This document shows, piece after piece, positions 31,374 through 47,275 of a stretch of 64,000 bases of DNA. Positions within the stretch are counted from its first letter, which is position 1. Every line of letters begins with the position of its first letter. The stretch is from the human T2T-CHM13v2.0 reference genome, Homo sapiens: the NCBI RefSeq assembly GCF_009914755.1, contig NC_060940.1. One strand, given 5' to 3'. The translations under genes and the position numbers were made by a program. The notes under the pieces were generated by a model, which saw only the letters and a list, made by a program, of their open reading frames with translations, ran no database searches and was not told where the DNA came from.

Positions 31374-33607
31374 TCATGAGTCTCTTGTTCCTGTAATATG
31401 TAGTCCACTGGTTCCTAGATCTGAGCATTGCACAATGCAGTATTTTACTCTTTATCCAAAGCTGTTTTTGGCTAAGAATAATTACTCTCTTAGGTTTCTT
31501 CACCACCATTACAGTTGACTTTCTTTTTTCTTTCCTTTTATAAGTTGCTTCATGAAAGTAAGTTTCCAGTCTCAGTAGGGGAGATGAGATGGCAGTAATG
31601 GCTAAGCCCACTTACCAGCCAGGGGATTCCCACAGACTGTCCTTGCTGCCTGCTCCATCACAACTGTGCCTGGGCAGATGTAGAGATCACGATGTAGATT
31701 TCTGAGGTCTCTCTAATAGCCTAAAAGAATGCCATGTGCTCTTGTAAAAGTAACCAGGCAGCTAAAGAGCCTACTTCCTTGCTAAACAATGACCCTTGCA
31801 TATGTTCCTCTTATTGCAACCTTCAGGAGGCCCCCTAAACTTTATAAGGGCCCTCTCCTTAATTTGAGCCTTTTCAACGTGTTTCTCCTTCCCTTAAACT
31901 TTTTATTGAAATCTACATTACAGAAAAGGGCATAAATCCTAAGTGTATAGTTTGATGAATTTTCATAAAGTAAACATGCCCATGCAACCTATTCCTAGAT
32001 AAGGAGTTGAGAGCATTATCAGCTCATCTGGTCACCACCCGGTGAGCTAGCATCCTAAGTTTAGCTTGTTTTTGACCTTTACGTGAATGGAATCACTTGT
32101 ACAAGTTTTAAAGTAACTGTTTAGAATGTTTATTGGGAATTAGATTACAAAGTAATACACAGCTTGGCGCAGTGGCTCACGCCTGTAATCCTAGCACTTT
32201 GGGAGGCTGAGGCGGATGGATCACTGAGGTCAGGAGTTCGAGACCAGCCTGGCCAACATGGCGAAACCCTGTCTCTACTAAAAATACAAAAAGTAGCTGG
32301 GCATGGTGGTGCATCCCTGTAATCCCAGCTACTCGGGAGGCTGAGGCAGGAGAATCCCTTGAACCTGCAGGGCGGAGGTCACAGTGAGCCGAGATCCTGC
32401 CACTTCACTCCAGTCTGGGCGAAAGAGTGAAACTCCGTCTCAAAAAAAAAAAAAAAAAAAAAAAAAAAAGATCATTTTTTTAATTCAGAAAAATATATAG
32501 TTGAAGAACAAAAAGTCAGCTCCTATCCCACCACCAGTGAAATTTAAAATGAGACAGTCCAGAAGAATGGTCTGGGAACAAACTCATCTGAGCGAATGAA
32601 AAATAGTGCAGAGAACTGGTGAAAATACTAGGACAAGATCCCTAAGATTCTGACTTATTATGGAAATAGACAACTTGGACACTGCCAAAGGGTATTTTGT
32701 AAGTAGAACCACAAATATTCTTTCAAAGACTCTTGGAGGGTTTCAAACAATCCTCCTAAAAATTGATCAGTATTTTTGGTAGGCATCATTTTTAATGTAA
32801 AAACGAAAAAAACAAAAATTTCCTTTTATGTGAAAACGAAAAAAGATTAAACTATTCAAAATAATGGTTAAACTGGCTTCAGAGAAGCCTGTAGCCTGTC
32901 TTACTTTTTTTCAGTGCTAATTTGAAAAACTTAGATAATTTTTTAAGAATCCAGAGCAAGTTTTTTCTGTTCTGGGTGGAAGGAGGGGAGGAGAGAACTC
33001 TTACTTGGGAGAGTAATGAGATCAGACACCATTGGATTCATTTACACTTTGCTACAACCGTGTAAGCAGCCTACAGCCTTGTGTTTTGGTTACTTCCCTG
33101 CTTAGACACCTGCATTATCCCCTACAGGAGTTGTGCCTAGCACTCAAAGTAGTCTGGCCTTCAAGGCATCCCTTCTTTCAAGAGTTCATGCCCTCTTTGG
33201 AAATGGAAAAATATTTTGTGCTGCTTTTACTGCATGTATCAATATTCTACTGCATATGATACTTAATTGATTTGCTTTATTTTCCTTTCCCCTTATTTCC
33301 CATTGCAACAGTGAGCACTGTTGTGTTTATTCATGGTCTTTCACACATACTAGGTAATCAATACTTTGTTGAAATCAGTATTTTAACAGAGGAGAAACAG
33401 CTTACAAAGCTCTTCTAATAACTCCTAAACTTTGGGTTTCCACCTCTGGAGATTTTTAAGGCAGGCAGAAGGGGCTCTGGCCTCTGTTTTAGGAGATTCA
33501 GGTTTAAACCCTCAATTTTAATTGCAAATAGCTAGAGAATTTAGACATATGAATTACCCCTCAGATTCTCTTTGCTCCGTTATGGAATGGTGATAATGCT
33601 TACACTG

Positions 33608-33748
33608 CTTTGGTGTAGGAGTTTTCTGAGGGGATGAGATTATGGAGGCATATATATTTTGAACAGTATAAATTGTTACTTTGGTATAGGATTTTTCTGA
33701 GGGGATGAGATTATGGAAGCATATATATTTTGAACGGTATAAATCGTT
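33608..33748 (+). repeat. Two-copy 71-bp tandem duplication
   Basis: ctttggtgtaggagttttctgaggggatgagattatggaggcatatatattttgaacagtataaattgtt repeated with a few substitutions. Confidence 0.9.
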
Positions 33749-36154
33749 GCATAGTTTACCAATGTTTTAAGAATTTTAGTAGTGAGCCGGTGGCGGTGGC
33801 TCACTCCTGTAATCCCAGCACTTTGGGAGGCTGAGGCAGGTAGATCACGAGGTCAGGAGTTCAAGATAAGCCTGGCCAAGATGGCGAAACCCCATCTCTG
33901 CTAAAAATAGAAAAATTAGCTGGGCGTGGTGGCGGGCGCCTGTAATCCCAGCTACTCAGGAGGCTGAGGCAGAGAATTGCTTGAACCCGGGAGGTGGAGG
34001 TTGCAGTGAGCCAAGATTGCGCCACTGCAGTCCAGCCTGAGCAAAAAAGCGAGACTCCGTCTCAAAAAAAAAAAGAATTTTAGTAGTGAAAAAAGTCTTT
34101 AAAAATTTGTATGGATATATAACAGCTTTACATATATCTGGGGCGCCTGTGACGTTTTGATACAAGCATACAATGTGTAATGATGAAATCTAAACTGAGA
34201 TAACCATGACCTCCAACATTTATCATTTCTTTGTGTTGGGAATATTGCGTATCTTTTCTAGCTATTTTGAAGTATACAATAAGATATTGTTAACTATAGT
34301 CATGAAAGAACTTAAATTCTGAAAAAATAAATCTTCCAGAATTACTGGAAATAGACTTTAAAAACAATCTAATCCCACAATTTTAATAATGGGATTATAG
34401 GTGGTTTCTATTTTCATGTTCATGCCTCCCGCCACCAAATTTCTACAGGGGAAATATATTTCATCAGGGGAAAGAGATTTTTCAAAAGTAATAGGAAATA
34501 TTTCTTTATTATTGTGGAAGTTCATTTTGATAGTAAATTCAGAGGATTTAGGCTGTAATCCTTAATTTCAGGATAATCCCAACACTGCTTACAAGCCAGA
34601 TTTCCACTCCATTTCTATGCATTTTTACTTGGGGTCGTTTGTTTCTATCTTTCCCTGCGTTCCAGGTTAGGATTCCACAATTGCAAATAGGTATTTATGT
34701 AATTCTGCTGGCCTTTGTTTTTTAAAGATTTACCTTAATTGTAAAGGTGGCCTGTTTGTAGCTTTTGTGCATAACTGGAACCTTGTACTCATAGTTGAGG
34801 TGACAGTCTGTGCAAATTCCTAGACAGTGAGATAAACCCAAGGCATTTTGCTATAAGTTGACATTTTTGCCCACATTTCTGCTACCCCATGACCCCCTTC
34901 CCCCACTGTTTTGCTTTAAATGTCTCCCTTTCCTGTTTACTATGGCAGTCAGATTCATTGGAGGCTGTGTATCAAAGAGAAAACCAGCATGTCAGCAGCA
35001 TGTCTGTACCTTGAGATGAGAGGTAGGAAATAAGCTAACCCATTTCCTTCTAGATTCAGAAAAAAAATGAAGCACTGACTCCATAGACCTAGATGTCTGG
35101 CCTTACATCAGTACGTACTTAGAGAGCTCATCATTTTTCTTTAAGTTGCTGACTGGTTTTGTCAGACTCTTCTGTAGGTCCCCTATAACTGAATCTTGGA
35201 GAAGTGAAGGGCTTTTCTGATTAATTTTGGTTTTATATAATAAGATTAAGCTCCTACCATGTGAAAACAAGCTCCTTGACATTCTTTAGATTGTTGTTAA
35301 AGCCAAGTCATCTAAAACCAAAATATCACAAGTTCTTAAATGGTTTCATTATGTTGTTATCACAGGTATCACAGGTTTTTATATATCAAACAAGGAACTT
35401 TCTATAGTTTCTTAAATGGCCTGTTTGTACTTATTTGCATATTGACTTGTTTCCTGTATGTTGGCCACAACTCTAACTTGAACATCCTATCTGTAAGAGA
35501 ACAACAACTTGAGACCCATCTGGTATCTGGTAGGAACTGTAAAAGTCTCCCCCTCAGATTACCGGGGCAATTGCTGCCATGGGAATAAATACAGAGAAAT
35601 AATCTATAAATGGAAAAGCGGGGAGAGAATTCATGGTTAATAGGCTGTTTTCCCAAGAGGGCTAAAGCCAAAGCCCTTCTCAAAACCTTTCAGTTAAATC
35701 CCCCTTGACATCTCACAGTCTGAGTCATGCCAAGCACAATAAGCTGTTGTGAAGAAAAGTCTAGAAACTGCCAGTTCGCCAGTATTTTTTTGTCCCCTAC
35801 TGTGTGTCAGGAATGGACTAGATACACAAGAGCCTTCCATTCTTAGAAGACTACAGTACTGGCCTGGCACGGTGGCTCATGCCTGTAATCCCTTCACTTT
35901 GGCAGGCCGAGTCAGGTGGATCTCCTGAGGTCAGGAGTTCAAGACCAGCCCGGCCAACATGGTGAAACCCAGTCTCTAATAAAAATACAAAAATTAGCCT
36001 GGTGTGGTGGTGCAAGCCTGTAATCCCAGCTACTCAGGAGGCTGAGGCAGCAGAATCACTTGAACCTGGGAGACCAAGATTGCAGTGAGCTGAGATCGTG
36101 CCTCCAGCCTGGGCAACAGAGTGAGACTCCATCTCAACAACAACAAAAAATTGA

Positions 36155-36562
<408 letters not shown>

Positions 36563-36939
36563 TGAGTAGCTGGGATTACAGGCACCTGCCATCATGCCCG
36601 GCGAATTTTTGTATTTTTAGTAGAGATGGGGTTTCACCATGTTGGCCAGGCTGGTCTCAAACTCCTGACCTCAGGTGATCCACCTGCCTCGGCCTCCCAA
36701 AGTGCTGGGATTATAGGCATGAGCCACCACACCCAGCAAATTTTTGTATTTTTAGTAGAGACGGGGTTTTGCCATGTTGGCCAGGCTGGTCTCGAACTCC
36801 TGACCTCAAGTGATCTGCCCACCTCGGCCTCCCAGAGTGCTGGGATTACAGCCATGAGCCACAGCACCTGGCCAAAGTGGTCTTAAAAGGCTTCTGAAGA
36901 GGTTATGTTTGAAATGAGGCCAGAAGGATAACTGGAATT

Positions 36940-37820
36940 TATAATCTTTCTTTGGTGCCATGGATCCCTTTGATTATCTAATGAGATCTAGGATAATCCT
37001 CTTAAAATTCATTGAATTACAAAGGAAACCTGTTAGAATGAAATACCTGTCAAATATTGAAAAAAGTAAATTTGTGATGTAATATAGATACGTATTAACA
37101 TATTTAATAACAAGATCTAGAAACTACCATGATTTCAAATAGTGATGAATGTAGGCAGTAAATCAAGATTTCTGCAACTATAGTGCAATATGAAAATACC
37201 TGTGATTTCTGTTGATGATGAAGTCACAGATAAACCTAATACTACTAGTGGTTTATTGCCTCTGTCAAAAGAAAAAATTACGACAAACATAGTATAAAGA
37301 TCTTAATTAGCTTTTATTTGAGATTCTAAAGTTGGGCAACACCTCATTCTTAGAGAATGAGGGTTTCAATGAGCTGAGCAGAGGAAGTTGGTTTTATAGA
37401 CAGGGGCTGAGGAAAGCAGAAACAGAAAACAAAAAATGGGTGGTTTCAAAGTTAATTTATTTGTAAAGGTTAAAGCAGAGGGAAGTCCCTTATGCTGGCT
37501 AAAACTGGCATGTTTGGGGGCTTGGCTATTATCTCTTCTAATTTCTCAGAAGTCAGATGAACAACTTTGCTTTGGCTTGCTGACATGGAACTTTAGCACA
37601 AGTGACTCCATTTTGGTTTGGTTTGTTGGGCCTAGGGCAGGGACTCAGTCCAAACCAGTGGTCTCCTATAAATTTTAACAGATCTATTAGTACTTGAAAG
37701 AAATGTCAAATTTCATTTAGAAGTTAACAAAAATGAAGATGTAGCTGTTCAGACCCTTTAAATTCATCCATGTTCACAGACCCTCTAAAGTCTATCCATG
37801 GACCCCAGGCTAAGAACTGC
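36940..37820. mobile_element. hAT-Charlie-like DNA transposon remnant containing a solo-LTR-like insert (about 37263-37680)
   Basis: Flanks resemble Charlie ends ('ggaccccaggctaagaac'). The insert begins TG, ends CA and resembles an ERV1-type LTR; family not certain. Confidence 0.45.
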
Positions 37821-38214
37821 TGGCTTAGGTGGAGCAGCCAGGAGAACTGCATCCCCCCGGATAGGGGATCGTAAAGGCATTAGAGGAGGGAGGCACTTGC
37901 CTTGCAGTGGGGCAACTCCAAAAAAGGCAAAGATATCTCCCCTAAGTGTGAAATTTTAAAAAAATCAATAGCTAACAAATGAAGCTGGAAAAACCACTTG
38001 AGACAATTGGGAAAATATTAATGCTGAAACGTAATAGATGTTAAGGAATTATTGAGTTTTTTTCCCTTAGGAATTGTGGTTAAAATAAAACGTCCTAGAA
38101 ATGTATGAAGATGTATACTTGAGATGCCTTGGATTAGCTTTAAAATGATTGGAGGACGAGGAAAGTAGGAGAGTAGAGATGAAATAAGATTGGCTGTATG
38201 TTGATAATTGTTGA

Positions 38215-38457
<243 letters not shown>

Positions 38458-38484
38458 TAACTAATTTTTTTTTTTTTTTTTTAA

Positions 38485-38709
<225 letters not shown>

Positions 38710-39271
38710 TAACTAGTTTGTAATTTCAGGGAATTAATGATTGTTAAGAACATACCAAAGTGAAGCGTTATGATGATGAATGCTGCTGTGGTACAGTTAA
38801 AATATAACCTAATCTTAGTGGATAACTGCATCTAAGCTGAGCCCTATGCAGGGAGACGGTGAGCATTAAGCTGAAGAGTCATCATTGATCCAGTGAATGC
38901 CTGTGTCTCCTAGACCCAAGAGAAAAGGACATTGGTCAGGGCAGGGGACGTCCAGGATTTTCCATGTCCAAGATCAACATTTCTCTAAGTGTGATCTCTG
39001 GACTGCCTGTACTAATATCACCTGGGTTTGTTGCTAAAAATGCAGAATCCTGGCTCTACTCCAGTCTCAGCCGTTTGAGGGGAAGGGACCCAGGTTCTTA
39101 CACTTTAATAAATCTTCTTCCAGGTGAATCTTAGCACATGTAAAGTTTGAAAACTGTAGCTTTAAATAAAGATGACAGTAGCTTCTCCTTATTGAGCAAT
39201 TTACCATCTGCCAGATCTCATGCTGAGCTCTCTACATATATTAACGTTTTTGTAAATTATATATTTGTATA

Positions 39272-39738
39272 TGTCAGGGAGGAAAAATATTTTTTTCCTC
39301 AACCTTCATGAGTGCTTAGTTGGAAAGGACCCCTGCAACAAAAGACAGATTAACAAGAGAAAAACAAGCTTACTAACATATCTATTTCATTTATATGTGT
39401 GGGAGATACCCAGGGGATGAGTCATTCTCAGAGGTGGCTTTGAATTCCAGCTTATGTAGTATCTTCAACAAAGAATGGTAATTTTTTAGAGAAGTGACAA
39501 GACAAAGGGGAAGAACTTTGTCTAGGGGCAGAACTTGTGGGAAGGCAAGTAAGTGGTGATAAAGGCCCGTTAGCAAAGCTTGTTAGTGTGGATTCCTCTG
39601 GTGCTGTCTTCTGGCCCATAAAGGTCTAAAGTTGTTAGTGGTTAACCTTTGTTCTCCCTGGTAGAGAGGGAGGAGGCAGGAACCTTTTTATGCCAAAGAC
39701 GCATGCTTTGGGGTGACATAGTCCAGTCTCTCCCACAC
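39272..39738. mobile_element. ERV1-type solo LTR (MER34/MER39-like)
   Basis: 'aaaagacagattaacaagagaaaaaca' and 'ctttggggtgaca' motifs typical of this LTR group; family uncertain. Confidence 0.5.
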
Positions 39739-40876
39739 ACATATTTATCTTTACAGCCTTATGAAGTAGTTGATGAGGAGAACTCACATTAGAAAAATGT
39801 GCTTGCTGTAGGTTACCCAGTTCTAAACAGCAAAGCAAGACCTCAAACCAGGTTCTGACTCCAAAGCCTGTGCTCTTAGCTACTATACCACTGCCTCCCA
39901 TCAGACTCCTCTGATCCCATGTCTACCAGAGACTCTCATTCATGAATCGGCCTTTCACATGCCCTTTGTGGGGCAGCTGTGTCCTAATAGAGGATGTGAA
40001 TATTCTTGTCACTGGGCAGGAACAGTTCCTGTTGTATATTAATAAATTAATGTCTGGCTTATGCATTAGCCTTTTTAAAGGTAGTTCTGAGTCCTAAAGA
40101 ATACTTGATAATTTATACTTGATATAAAGAAGCTTGAAACATTTCTGCAGCTATTATATATATATTCTTGTGATTCTAAGCCTTTTTTCCGCTCCTGTGG
40201 AATCTCATCAATTCCTAAGAGATTGAACATGTTCCCATCAATGACAAGAACCTACTATGGAATTACTAGCCCGAGGGCAGGATTAAGGGCCTACTCCTTT
40301 AGTTCTGAGAAAGCTTCACGCATGAGAATTAGTGGTTGATTTCCAAAGGACCAGAAGAAGCTGGTGGGAGTTGAGGCAGTGAAGACTACACACAGGCTTT
40401 TATAGACCGTGCCATGTGCTCACCTTTCTCATTTAATTCTGCCAGTTCTACATGGTAGGTACTAACAGATCCACTTACTAATTCCGAACTCAAAAAGCTC
40501 TATAAAGCAAGATTTTTTTTTTCCCCTTAAATTTGCAACAGATTCATTTGGTAGTAGATCTTTACCTGAACTGATGTGAGGCTGTTTATAGTCTTAGTTC
40601 ATACTTTTTGATGCAGAAATATTAATGCTTGATTACAGGGTGCTGCCCAGACCTCACAGGTATTATAAGGTGTCAGCTGTGTGTCAGGTATGAGCGCCAT
40701 GTTGTCTTTCTAAAATTTAAAGAATTTTCCAAAACACTTTTGACTTCAAGAGTTTCAGATGAGAAAGTTGAAGTTAGGTTAAGTGTTTGTTCAACTCTTT
40801 GCTGCTGAGTTATGTAAATGGATTTGAAAAAAAAAAAGCCATATATGCTTTTTTCAACACTTTAAGGGCCCGTTGA

Positions 40877-41158
<282 letters not shown>

Positions 41159-41704
41159 TGAACTCCTGGCCTGCCTTAAGCAATCTGCCTGTTTTGGCCT
41201 CCCAAAGTGTTGGGATTACAGGTGTGAGCCACCATGCCTGGCCAAGAAGAGTGTTTTTAAAGTCAAGTTCTGAGTCTTTTACAGTTTGATCATCAGTAAG
41301 CTTCAAACCATTTCTCCCCTCTTTCTGGTTCTGTCCAGGGAAATACTGTGACTTTTTCCTTTGGAATATATACTGTGTTTTAGTGTCTTCAGGTAGAGCT
41401 GAGCAGGGAGGGAATCAAGGTGACTTACACTGCGGCATTAAGGTTGGGATTATTCCCCTTTATCCTTGGCCATTTAGGAAGCAGTCTTAGCAGGACCAGA
41501 ATAAATCATCTGATAAATTTCTCGTGAATAAGGAGGATAATGGTGATAAAACTCTCATAAAATTAAAAATAACAGGAGTCTTTGAAGCATATTAAGCTAA
41601 AATATATTTCTCGTCAAAGCAACATACTTTTCATTTTTTTTGGTCCAGAATGCCTCATTCAGAGAAAGAGATTGATTTTTTTTTCCAAATTAAGATCCTC
41701 CACA

Positions 41705-42330
41705 TAGAAATAGGAACGTTTTACACTGTTGGTGGGAGTGTAAATTAGTTCAACCATTGTGGAAGACAGGGTGTCAATTCCTCAAGGATCTAGAACTAGA
41801 ATTACCATTTGACCCAGCAGTCCCATTACTGGGTATGTACCCAAAGTATCATAAATCATGCTGCTATAAAGACGCATGCACACGTATGTTTATTGCGGCA
41901 CTATTCACAATAGCAAAGACTTGGAACCAACCCAAATGTCCATCAGTTGATAGACTGGATTAAGAAAATGTGGCACATGTACACCATGGAATACTATGCA
42001 GCCATAAAAAAGGATGAGTTCATGTCCTTTGCAGGGACATGGATGAAGCCGGAAACCATCATTCTCAGCAAACTATCACAAGGACAGAAAACCAAACACT
42101 GCATGTTCTCACTCATAGGTGGGAATTGAACAACGAGATCATTTGGGCACAGGGTGGGGAACATCACACACTGGGGCCTGTCGGGGTGGGGATAGCATTA
42201 GGAGAAATACCTAATGTAAATGATGAGTTGATGGGTGCAGCAAACCAACATGTCACATGTATACCTATGTATCAAACCTGCACATTGTGCACATGTACCC
42301 TAGAACTTAGAGTATAATTTTTTTTAAAAA
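41705..42330 (+). mobile_element. 5'-truncated L1PA element, sense orientation in CDR2 intron 2
   Basis: ORF2 C-terminus '[23 protein letters not shown]' plus L1PA 3'UTR; TSD core atcctccac at 41695 and 42330. Confidence 0.92.
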
Positions 42331-42612
42331 TCCTCCACGTTAGGCTTTATTTCTGTTAAACATGATGTTTTTGCTTAAACTTTGATCACATGTTCCATGT
42401 TTTTTGTCTTAAGGGATTGTTATGTCTCACTTTAGATTTTTTAGTTGAATATTAATTTTATGCATGGTATATGCTTTGGAAAATTAGCCTCACAATGCAC
42501 TGGGGTATTGGTGAGCATTAGAGGAGCTAAGCATATAAAGGACAGCCTGTGCTCATTTCTTATGAAGACAGGGAGTTTAATTTCTTCTTTTCTTAAAATA
42601 AACATATGGTAT

Positions 42613-43509
<897 letters not shown>

Positions 43510-43765
43510 TAAATTTTCTAGAATCTGACAAGGAAGGACTAGGGGGAAGTTCTTTAGTATAAACTAGAATAGAACATGGCTGCAGTGGGTTTGGGTCAAT
43601 ATGGGATAAGGTTTAATTTAATTCTTTTTGGAGAATGGAGATTAAATAGACATCCTTTCCAATTAAGAAAGCCCAGTGTGAGTGGTTTGCACCTAATCTC
43701 TCCTCACCGCTTTTGCCCTTGATTCAATATGACAAGCAGCAGTGGCTTCTGTCTGTTCCTCACAG

Positions 43766-43930
43766 CCTGACTGAAACGATTGAATGCCTGCAAACCAACA
43801 TTGATCACCTCCAGAGCCAAGTGGAGGAGCTGAAGTCATCTGGCCAAGGGAGAAGGAGCCCGGGAAAGTGTGACCAGGAGAAACCGGCACCCAGCTTTGC
43901 ATGTCTGAAGGAGCTGTATGACCTCCGCCA
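43766..43930 (+). CDS. CDR2: CDR2 coding exon 4 (LTETIECLQTNIDHLQSQVEELK...LKELYDLR)
   Basis: Acceptor cctcacag|, donor CCA|gtaaga; 165 nt; leucine heptads. Confidence 0.97.
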
Positions 43931-44499
43931 GTAAGAGCCTGCCTTTCTGTGGAGTTACAGCAGGGACTGTCTCATGTCATTGGCACATTCTGATTTCCAG
44001 TAGATTGAAAGTACCATTTTAAGAAAAGTCACTTAGCTATTAAGCTACCATTGGTTTGAACAAAATCACTTAAACATATAAATTACAGAGTTCTTAGATA
44101 TTAGTAGTTCTCATTTTGAAAGTCTTGGAACACTTATTTCAGTGCTTTTAATGTATTAAATCATAGTTTAAGATGAATTCTGATAGACTAGATTTGGGAG
44201 TTGTGTTTTACATTAGAGTGAAGAAAAACAGAAATACTGGTAAAACAAAAATTCAAGCGAACAGGAGATTTTTTGCTTAAAGAAGTACCTTTATAATTTA
44301 GAGTTATAAGTCTGAATCTTTAAGAAGTATTTATGGAACACTTGTGTGGCAAGCTGTATGCTAGACCCAAGGGTTGGCGAGCAAAATAGTTTCTACCCCT
44401 GTGAGCTTTCAGTCTAACGGAACGGCAGATAAGCAAATAAAAACACAAATAAATAGTCAAGGTGCTTCAGACTGAGCAGGAGAAACCAGGTGGTTCATT

Positions 44500-44800
44500 T
44501 GGTGGGTCTCAACCTTGGCTGTACATCAGATCACCTGTGGGGTTTTTCAAAATGCAAATACCAACACATTTCCTCAGGCCTAAATCAGAATTTCTAGGTG
44601 CGGGTAAAAAGCTGCCCAGGCAATTCTGATGAACATTCCTGGTTAAAAATCACCACAGCAACAGTAATTTGCTGTAGTGATTCAATCGTAGTTACATATT
44701 ATGAATCATTTGGAGAGCCTTTAGAAACCCTCAGGCCAGGTAGCAGACCAACTAGGTTGGAATCTGTGGGTTGGGACCCAGGCACCAGTACTTTTTAAGG
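44500..44800. mobile_element. MER5-like DNA transposon remnants
   Basis: 'tctcaaccttggctgtacatcag..atcacctg', 'aatcagaatttctagg', 'ccaggcaattctgat' motifs. Confidence 0.6.
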
Positions 44801-44956
44801 TTTCCCTTGTGAGGTCATTGTCATACTGCTAGAATAGATGTTCTCTAGTACTTTTAACATTAAAAAAAGATTTGTCACAAAAATTGAGTTTGCTTTCATG
44901 TGTTTATTTACCAGCCTCACACAATTCCATTTTAGCCACTGCTCCAAGTGTGGCTA

Positions 44957-45291
<335 letters not shown>

Positions 45292-45385
45292 TCAAATTTA
45301 TTTAGTTGAAAAAAAATCACCAGTCTTCCTCTCGTCATTTTCAGTGGACCTGTGTAATATATTCTTTCAATATTTTTTTCCCTAG

Positions 45386-46244
45386 ACACTTCGTGTATGA
45401 TCATGTGTTCGCTGAGAAGATCACTTCCTTGCAAGGTCAGCCAAGCCCTGATGAAGAGGAAAATGAGCACTTGAAAAAAACAGTGACAATGTTGCAGGCC
45501 CAGCTGAGCCTGGAGCGGCAGAAGCGGGTGACTATGGAGGAGGAATATGGGCTCGTGTTAAAGGAGAACAGTGAACTGGAGCAGCAGCTGGGGGCCACAG
45601 GTGCCTACCGAGCACGGGCGCTGGAACTAGAGGCCGAGGTGGCAGAGATGCGACAGATGTTGCAGTCAGAGCATCCATTTGTGAATGGAGTTGAGAAGCT
45701 GGTGCCAGACTCTCTGTATGTTCCTTTCAAAGAGCCCAGCCAGAGCCTGCTGGAAGAGATGTTCCTGACTGTGCCGGAATCACATAGAAAGCCTCTCAAG
45801 CGCAGCAGCAGTGAGACGATCCTCAGCAGCTTGGCAGGGAGTGACATCGTGAAGGGCCACGAGGAGACCTGCATCAGGAGGGCCAAGGCTGTGAAACAGA
45901 GGGGCATCTCCCTTCTGCACGAAGTGGACACGCAGTACAGCGCCCTGAAGGTGAAGTATGAAGAGTTGCTGAAGAAGTGCCAAGAGGAACAGGACTCCCT
46001 GTCACACAAGGCTGTGCAGACCTCCAGGGCTGCAGCCAAGGACCTGACTGGAGTGAACGCCCAGTCTGAGCCTGTTGCCAGCGGCTGGGAACTGGCCTCT
46101 GTCAACCCAGAGCCCGTGAGTTCCCCTACAACACCTCCAGAATACAAAGCGTTGTTTAAGGAGATCTTTAGTTGCATCAAGAAAACTAAGCAGGAAATAG
46201 ATGAACAGAGAACAAAATACCGATCACTCTCCTCTCATTCTTAA
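45386..46244 (+). CDS. CDR2: CDR2 coding exon 5 (HFVYDHVFAEK...KYRSLSSHS*)
   Basis: Acceptor ttccctag|; 859 nt to TAA. The spliced CDS totals 1365 nt = 454 aa + stop, matching the known CDR2 length. KEN motif encoded at 45561-45569. Confidence 0.98.
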
Positions 46245-47275
46245 TTGAACCTCTAGCTCTACTACTAATTTGCCTATTGCCTATCGCCTCTCTCTCCCAT
46301 TCAGACAAGTGTTTGTAGACTCTGAAGCCTAATGTTACTCATGACGTTTGCCTCATTGCTTTGCTTATTTAGCAAATGCATACAACGAGGAAAGGAGGTG
46401 GCTAGTGGTATCAGTTCTCTGATCCACTTCCATTTAAGCTCCCCAGGAAATCCCATGACAAACTGGCCTCTGGCTGGCGCGCTGATTAGACTTCAGTTCC
46501 TGAAAAGGACCAGTGGAGGGAAGAGCTATACTTCTGGAGAAGTAGGCCTGGAGTTACTACAGTATGGGGGAAAAGGGTCGAGTTAGAACAAAGCTAAGGC
46601 AATTCCTATTGCTTCCTTGCGCAACTTCTCAAAACGATGAAAGTCAGAAGGCTGTCAAACTCAAATATCTTTGCAAACACTGTTTGAATACTGTGAATTC
46701 ATTACGAAGAATGTTCGAGAGAAAGCAGGGGTCTAATCCAAAAGAAATGTCATTAACCAATACTCCAAGTCCTTGAGTTTTGTTATATCTGAACTAGTTG
46801 AACTGTGACTGACAGGTAATCCTAATATATCCAAATCCAACTGAATACCAAATTGAGATGGCAAATTTTTGTTTGATATAAGTTAGCTTGTTAGCATATG
46901 CCCTAGAGGGCCTCCATCCCTGTATTCTAATGTTTTTACTCAAAGCTCTAGCCTTTAGGATAGGTGAATATGTAAATCTTTTATCACTTTCTCAAATTCA
47001 AACTAAAGGGGAAAGATCAAACCCCTTCCCTTCCTACCTGTTTTCTGAGCTGGCTGACTTGCCAGCCACAAGCTGCTCTTGCAGAGTTCTTACCATTCCT
47101 GTAAATGTTTTGACTTGTTGCAGAAATTCCTATCTACTTTATTAAGCAGTATTGATCTGACTGTGGAAACATCCTCTCACTTGCATTCTTTTAACTTAAA
47201 ACTATTTAAGAACTGATGTTCCGATTATTGTATATATTTTTCTAAAAACCAAATAAAGCTACCTATGAAAATGAA
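46245..47275 (+). other. CDR2: CDR2 3'UTR
   Basis: Repeat-free sequence between the stop codon and the AATAAA; the 3' end is approximate. Confidence 0.8.
47252..47257 (+). terminator. CDR2: CDR2 polyadenylation signal AATAAA
   Basis: Canonical hexamer with upstream TGTA and downstream GT/T-rich sequence. Confidence 0.8.

Noticed and set aside
45306-45385. N-terminal part of the 312-aa ORF
   Set aside because: Intronic sequence upstream of the exon 5 acceptor.
45605-46180. 191-aa antisense ORF overlapping CDR2 exon 5
   Set aside because: Codon-aligned antisense shadow of a Glu/Gln/Lys-rich coiled-coil CDS; no independent support.
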